Assembly: GCA_000004695.1 (NCBI GenBank)
Contig: CM000150.2
Location: 1,248,001 to 1,312,000 of the forward strand
DNA: 64,000 nucleotides
Source: Dictyostelium discoideum
Taxonomy: Eukaryota
Direction of reading: 5' to 3'
Part shown: in pieces, positions 58,825 to 64,000 of the stretch
How positions within the stretch are numbered: position 1 is the first letter of the stretch
How the letters are laid out: the number at the start of each line of letters is the position of its first letter
The notes under the pieces: model-generated
Database searches by the model: none
Seen by the model: the letters and a program-made list of their open reading frames with translations, nothing else
What the model was told of the DNA's origin: nothing
Program-made: the position numbers and the translations under genes

Positions 58825-59842
58825 GGAACTATTAAAATAAATTATTATTATTTTTTTTTTTTTTTTTTTTTTATTTTTATTTTTAAAAAAAAATTGAACT
58901 TTTGGTAATGGAATTTAAAATTTGAGTTCTTTTAAATTTCAAAAAAAAACCTTCTGATACTATTGGAATTACTTTTTAATAAATTGAAAACTTTTATAAT
59001 ATTTCTTCAAAAACTGAAATTGTTTTCTCTTTTATTCCGAAATTTGAAATCAATAACAATAAATTTATTTTTTGATAATTTTTATTATAAATGACAATTT
59101 AATTTTAATTTTAATTTTATTTTTTTTTATTTTTTTTTTTTGGAAAATTAATCTTTTTATCAAAATTCGTATACTTGTGTGACACTTGATTTTCTATTCA
59201 TGGTGATGAAAAAAAAAAAAATAAAAAAATAAAAAAAATAATAATATAATATATTAAAAAAAAATATAAAAAAAATTATTAAAAGGAGATTGATAATTTT
59301 AATTTTAATTTAATTTTTTATTTTATTTTTTTTTTTTTTTTTTTTTAATAATAAAATGGAAAAAAAAAAAATAATTGATATGATTATAAAATAATTTTAA
59401 TTTTTTTTTTTTTTTAACCAATTAAATAATTTATTAAAATATTTTAGTAGTTTGAAAAAAGTCCAATGATATTTTTCAATTAAAATCATTCAAAGAATTA
59501 TAGGAACAACAATTAAAATATATTTTTTATTTTTATATTTTTATATTTTTAAAATGGGGTGTTTGATATGTTTAATATATGAAATTTTTAAAAAAAAAAA
59601 AAATTAATATATATGAAACTTCACAAAATTTGCTGGTTTTTTTTTTGATTTTAAATAATATTGTTTTTGAATTTTTTTGATTTTTTTGATTTAATTTTTT
59701 TTTTTCTGGAAATCAAAAAAAAAAATTTTTGGTGATCAGGAGTGTGAGATTTATAAATTAATTTTGTAAAATAACTAGTTTAATCAAATTTAATATTTTG
59801 ATCTATATTAAACTACAAAATTGGAAATGAAATTGATTGACG

Positions 59843-59895
<53 letters not shown>

Positions 59896-60295
59896 AATAA
59901 CAATTATGTTTAATTAAAATTATTTAATTTAAAGTTTAATTAAGATAAAATCGAATTTTAAAAATTATTCTTTATAAAAAAAAAAAAAATTATTTAATAA
60001 ATAAATAAATAATTAAAAATATATTAATATAACTTTTTTTTTTTTTTTTTTTACCAAAAAAAGTTATAATTTTTTTTTTTTTTTTTTTTTATTTAATTAT
60101 TATTTCTAAAATTTCTTTAAGTTTTTTTCCTAAAATGTAAATTCTTTTTTTTTTTTTTTTTTATATTTTTATTTTCTTTTTTTTTTGAATTAATTAAAAA
60201 TTTATTTTTTTTTATTTTTTTTTATTTTTACACAAATTTTTTTTTTTTTTTTTTATTTTTTTTAATTTTTAATTTTTTTTGAATTAATTTTAATA

Positions 60296-62389
60296 ATGAA
60301 TAAATTTAGTAGAGAAGCTGGAGAAGTTGTATTATTAAGAGCAATTACAAAATATTCATCACAACAAGGTACATTATTTTTTACAAGTTTAAGATTAGTA
60401 TGGGTACAAAGTGGATATAGTGAACCAAGTTTACATTTACATATTTCAGAGATTAAAAATCAATTCATTAGTACACCAAAGAGTGCTAAAGCGTTATTAC
60501 GTTTATCAGTACGTGATAGTATAAAGAATGCACTTCAAGAGTTTGTATTTGAATTTACACATCCAACCAATGCAAGATCAGATCTCAATAGTTTTAGAGA
60601 TAAAATAGCGGCAACTGCAAATTTAACAGCACCAACTCTACCAGTGTCAGCCTCCAATGGATCAAATACAACCTCACCAACAAATGGTACATCACCAATA
60701 AATGGTACATCACCAACTATGACTGGTTTAAAAGTGAATCCTGACGGTACAATTACCAATGACCCATTATCATCACAACCAGCACAAGTCGAAGAAAAAG
60801 CGGAAACTAAATATTTATCAAAATTAAAACAACCATCATTATCAGAACAACAAATTAAACAACGTGTTATACTATTACAATCTAATAAAGAGTTGAGAGA
60901 GCTCTATGAACAAATGGTAAATAAAGATAGAGTTATCAGTGAATCTGATTTTTGGGAATCACGTAAATCAATGTTAAAAAATGACTCTACAAGATCAGAG
61001 AAACAACATACTGGTATGCCAAGTAATCTATTAGCAGATGTCAGACCATCCTCTGAAACACCAAATGCAGTACACTATAGATTCACTCCAACTGTAATTC
61101 ATCAAATTTTCATTCAACATCCATCAGTTGAAAAAGCATACAAAGCAAATGTACCCTTAAAAATATCAGAACAAAACTTTTGGAAGAAATATGTTCAATC
61201 AAAATACTTCTATCGTGATCGTTCATCTGCAAATGCACCACCAGTTGATGATGATCTATTTTCAAAGTATGAAACTGATGAACAAAATAAAATTAGAATT
61301 TTAAAAAGAAAACTTATAGATATCAATCCATTGGTTGATTTATCTTCAACTGATGGTTTTGATACTGATGTTCATAGTGGCTATGGTGTATTATTAGATC
61401 AATCTCAAGATCCAAATAAATTAGAAAAAGCATTACCATTATTACGTAAATTTAATAGACATTCTGCTTTAGTTTTAGGTTCAAAAGATTTATTAACAAA
61501 TAATTCAATTAATATTGAAAAAGATCAAAAAAATTTAAAAAAAACTAAAAAAGATGAAAATTCAACATCAACACCAACAACAACAACAACAACAACAAAT
61601 ACTACTAATACTACCAATACTACTACTACTACTACTACAAATAATACTACAATAAAAGATCCAAATTTATATAATGGAGATGATGAAGAAAATATAAGTG
61701 TTGAACAAATGGAAAAAATTTTAGAAAATCATAAAAAATTAGTAAATCAACATATTATAATTGATGATTTACAAGAAGAGAATTCTCAAACTTTAACACT
61801 TTTAAAAATTTCAGATCAAAAACGTTATTTTGAAGGTCATTCAACAAATAATATTCTAAGTGATAAAGAGAAATCACAATTAATTGATATACTTGATTTT
61901 GATTATAAAAATTGGCAACCAAATTTACCTCAAGTATTTTATCAAACTCATTCATCATCATCAATATTACAAGAACCAAATATATCAGTTCATTCAGAAA
62001 TATTTGAACCATATAATAAAGCAGCTATAAATTCAAAAGAAGAATATAATTTACCAGAATCCTCATTTAAGAGAGATTTATTTCAATCATTTCATCATTG
62101 TAATGAATTATTAAGACATTTTTGGGCAACAACTTTTACTTTAGGTAGAGGTGCTCCACCAACTTCACAACAAATCGATAAAAATAATAAAATATCCTCT
62201 GCAATAGCTTTACAATATGATAAAATTGAAGAAAAAAAGAAAATGTTAATTAGTCAAAATAAAGTTAACCAATCTTCATTATTCACTCCAATTTTAGAAT
62301 CACTTCATAAAGCAATTGAAAAGAAAGAATCTCAAACTAATCAATATACTTTTAAAAATAATAATAATAATTTTCATACAATTTCTTAA
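60296..62389 (+). CDS. gtf2h1: General transcription factor IIH subunit 1 (p62/Tfb1), single exon, 697 aa
   Basis: It has an N-terminal PH-like domain (..[16 protein letters not shown]..). The BSD domains align to human p62: [65 protein letters not shown] vs [78 protein letters not shown] matches IIKRFNHHSAMVL, and [11 protein letters not shown] matches GELLRHFWSCF. Confidence 0.8.
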   Translation: [697 protein letters not shown]

Positions 62390-62838
62390 TTAAATTCTAA
62401 AAATAAAATTTTTGGTTAGAAAAAAAAAAGAAAAAAAAAAACTAAGTCATTGAATTGCAACTTTCTTTCGTTAAACCTAAATTTTTGTTTTTTTCAAACG
62501 TCAGCCTATTCAAGTTTTTTTTTATTTTTTTTTATTTTTTTTTTTATTTTTTATTTTTTTTAATTTTTTTTTTTAAAATTTTTATTTTTAATTTTTTTTT
62601 TTTTTCATTTATATTTTTAATTTTCAAAAAAAAAAAAAAAAAAAAAAAAAAGGTTGTTGTTTGTGTGTATATAAATCGAATTGTGCAGCTATCACATTAG
62701 TTGTTAAAAAAAAAAAATAACAATAATAATAATAATAATAATAAATAATTAATAGTAAATAAATAAATAAATAAATAATCAACATTATAGAAAAATAAAA
62801 ATAAAACACGCCTTATTATAAAAAATAAAAAATAAAAA

Positions 62839-64000
62839 ATGAAAATAAATAAAAAACAAATTGTTTTTTTCATTTTATTTAGTATATTTTTAAATCATGT
62901 TAATGGTATTTTTTATTTACCGGGTATGATTCCACATGATTTTGCTCAAGGTGAAGAAGGAGCAATCAAAGTTAATAAAATTACATCTGTCCACACTCAA
63001 ATCCCTTACAAATATTATCAATTACCAGGTGTTTGTCAACCAAAAGAAGGTATCATTGATGACACTGAAAATTTAGGTGAAATTTTATTAGGTGATCGTA
63101 TTGAAAATTCAGATTATACTGTAAGTAATAAATTAATTTTTTATTTTTTTTATTTTTATTTTTTTTTTTTTTAATTAGGGGGTAAATAATAATTTAAGAA
63201 ATCAAAATTTTGTTCGTCATTGCATTTTTTTTTTTTTTTTTTTTTTTTTCTATGTGTTGACTTTTTTTTTTTTTTTTATTTTTTTTTTTTTTTTTTTCAA
63301 AATTTTTTTTTTCACCAAATAATTTTCTTTTACTTTTTCCTTTTCCTTCTTTTTATATCCATATTTTTTTTTTTTTTATTTCTTAATTCATTATTTTATT
63401 TTATTTATTTTTTATTTTTTTAAAAAAATTAATACTAAATAATTTTTTTTTTTTTAATTTTTTTTTTTTTTTAGTTTAACTTTTTAACTGATGGTGGTAA
63501 ATGTAAAGTTATAAATTCAGAATCATGTAGTCCAATTATTAAAAAAGAAGATTTAAAAGTTTTAGAAGATAGAATTCAAAATCAATATAGAGTTCATTGG
63601 TTATTAGATGGTTTACCAGTTCGTCAAACTGGAAGATTAGCATCAGATCCAGGTTTTGATTTAGGTTTTATGACACTTGCAGAAGGTCAAACAGTTGCAA
63701 CAGCAGAGAAATATTTAAATAATCATTTAGAGATTACCATTTTCTATCATAGTAATCCAACAGATAATACATCAAGAATAGTTGGATTTGAAATATTCCC
63801 AACATCAAGACAATATAAAAAAGTTGAAAATTGGAAAGGCGACACAGGCGATGATTGTCCTCAATATGGCGAAAACTTTGAACAATTGTCAGTATCAGTT
63901 AAAGAGGGTGAAGATCAAGAACGTTTTGTTCTATGGACTTATGAGGTCAAATACACACCTTCTCCAGTACTCTGGAACAAACGTTGGGATATCTACTTTG
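62839..64000 (+). CDS. TM9SF / nonaspanin (Phg1-like) protein, 5' part: exon 1 62839..~63120, intron, exon 2 ~63476..>64000 (continues beyond the window)
   Basis: It has a signal peptide (MKINKKQIVFFILFSIFLNHVNG). Then come family N-terminal motifs FYLPGMIPHDFAQGEEGAIKVNKITSVHTQIPYKYYQLPGVC (compare FYLPGVAP.DF..GD.L.VKVNKLTS..TQLPY.YY.LPFC). There is a GTAAGT donor at about 63121. Exon 2 ends with the hallmark ..FVLWTYEVKYTPSPVLWNKRWDIYF (compare Y.V.F.ES.IKWASRWD.YL). Which Phg1 paralog it is cannot be told from this fragment. Confidence 0.7.

Overview
The window reads as nuclear genomic DNA from a dictyostelid social amoeba, almost certainly Dictyostelium discoideum. The signs are about 75-80% A+T, very long homopolymer A/T tracts between genes, (AAT)n microsatellites that encode poly-Asn, short GT..AG introns of about 80-250 bp with GTAAGT-like donors, and relatively GC-rich exons. 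I interpreted it as eukaryotic throughout; CRISPR, operons and phage defence systems do not apply.

I can support about 22 protein-coding genes, most of them multi-exon. Exon joins were worked out by hand from GT/AG sites and frame continuity, so boundaries are accurate to roughly +/-3 nt.

Housekeeping genes:
- HSP90 (hspD), three exons, minus strand.
- U1 snRNP 70K.
- TFIIH p62 (Tfb1/GTF2H1).
- An ABCF1-type ABC ATPase with an unusually long tandem-repeat N-terminus.
- A SET-domain methyltransferase, a DAO-family FAD oxidoreductase, a universal-stress-protein gene, a CheY-like receiver protein, a cyclin-like protein, and the start of a TM9SF/Phg1 nonaspanin gene.

Cell-surface accessory region (the most interesting part):
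- Two CD36/LIMP-2 scavenger-receptor paralogs. Reconstructed lengths are 779 and 782 aa, which fit lmpA and lmpC; that assignment is tentative.
- Three paralogs of a type-I receptor-like family with a signal peptide, LRR exons, an IPT-like domain, two EGF-like modules and a TM or GPI tail, interleaved with the CD36 genes.
- A four-copy tandem array of psi-type genes (PA14 domain plus Dictyostelium Cys-rich repeats). One copy is intact; one is truncated; one is intact and carries an extra Cys-repeat unit; one is a decayed pseudogene. The array shows signs of gene conversion and unequal crossing-over.

Non-coding features:
- G-box/CA-rich elements conserved upstream of psi copies.
- A tandem array of about 120-bp GC-core units between psi copies.
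- Perfect inverted repeats (22 bp, 13 bp, and a 17-bp palindrome).
- A 4.4-kb gene-free interval with clustered GT-rich motifs.
- An ORF-free island about 860 bp long with atypical composition.
- Long intronic (ATT)n microsatellites.
- A tandem duplication of the hspD 3' end.
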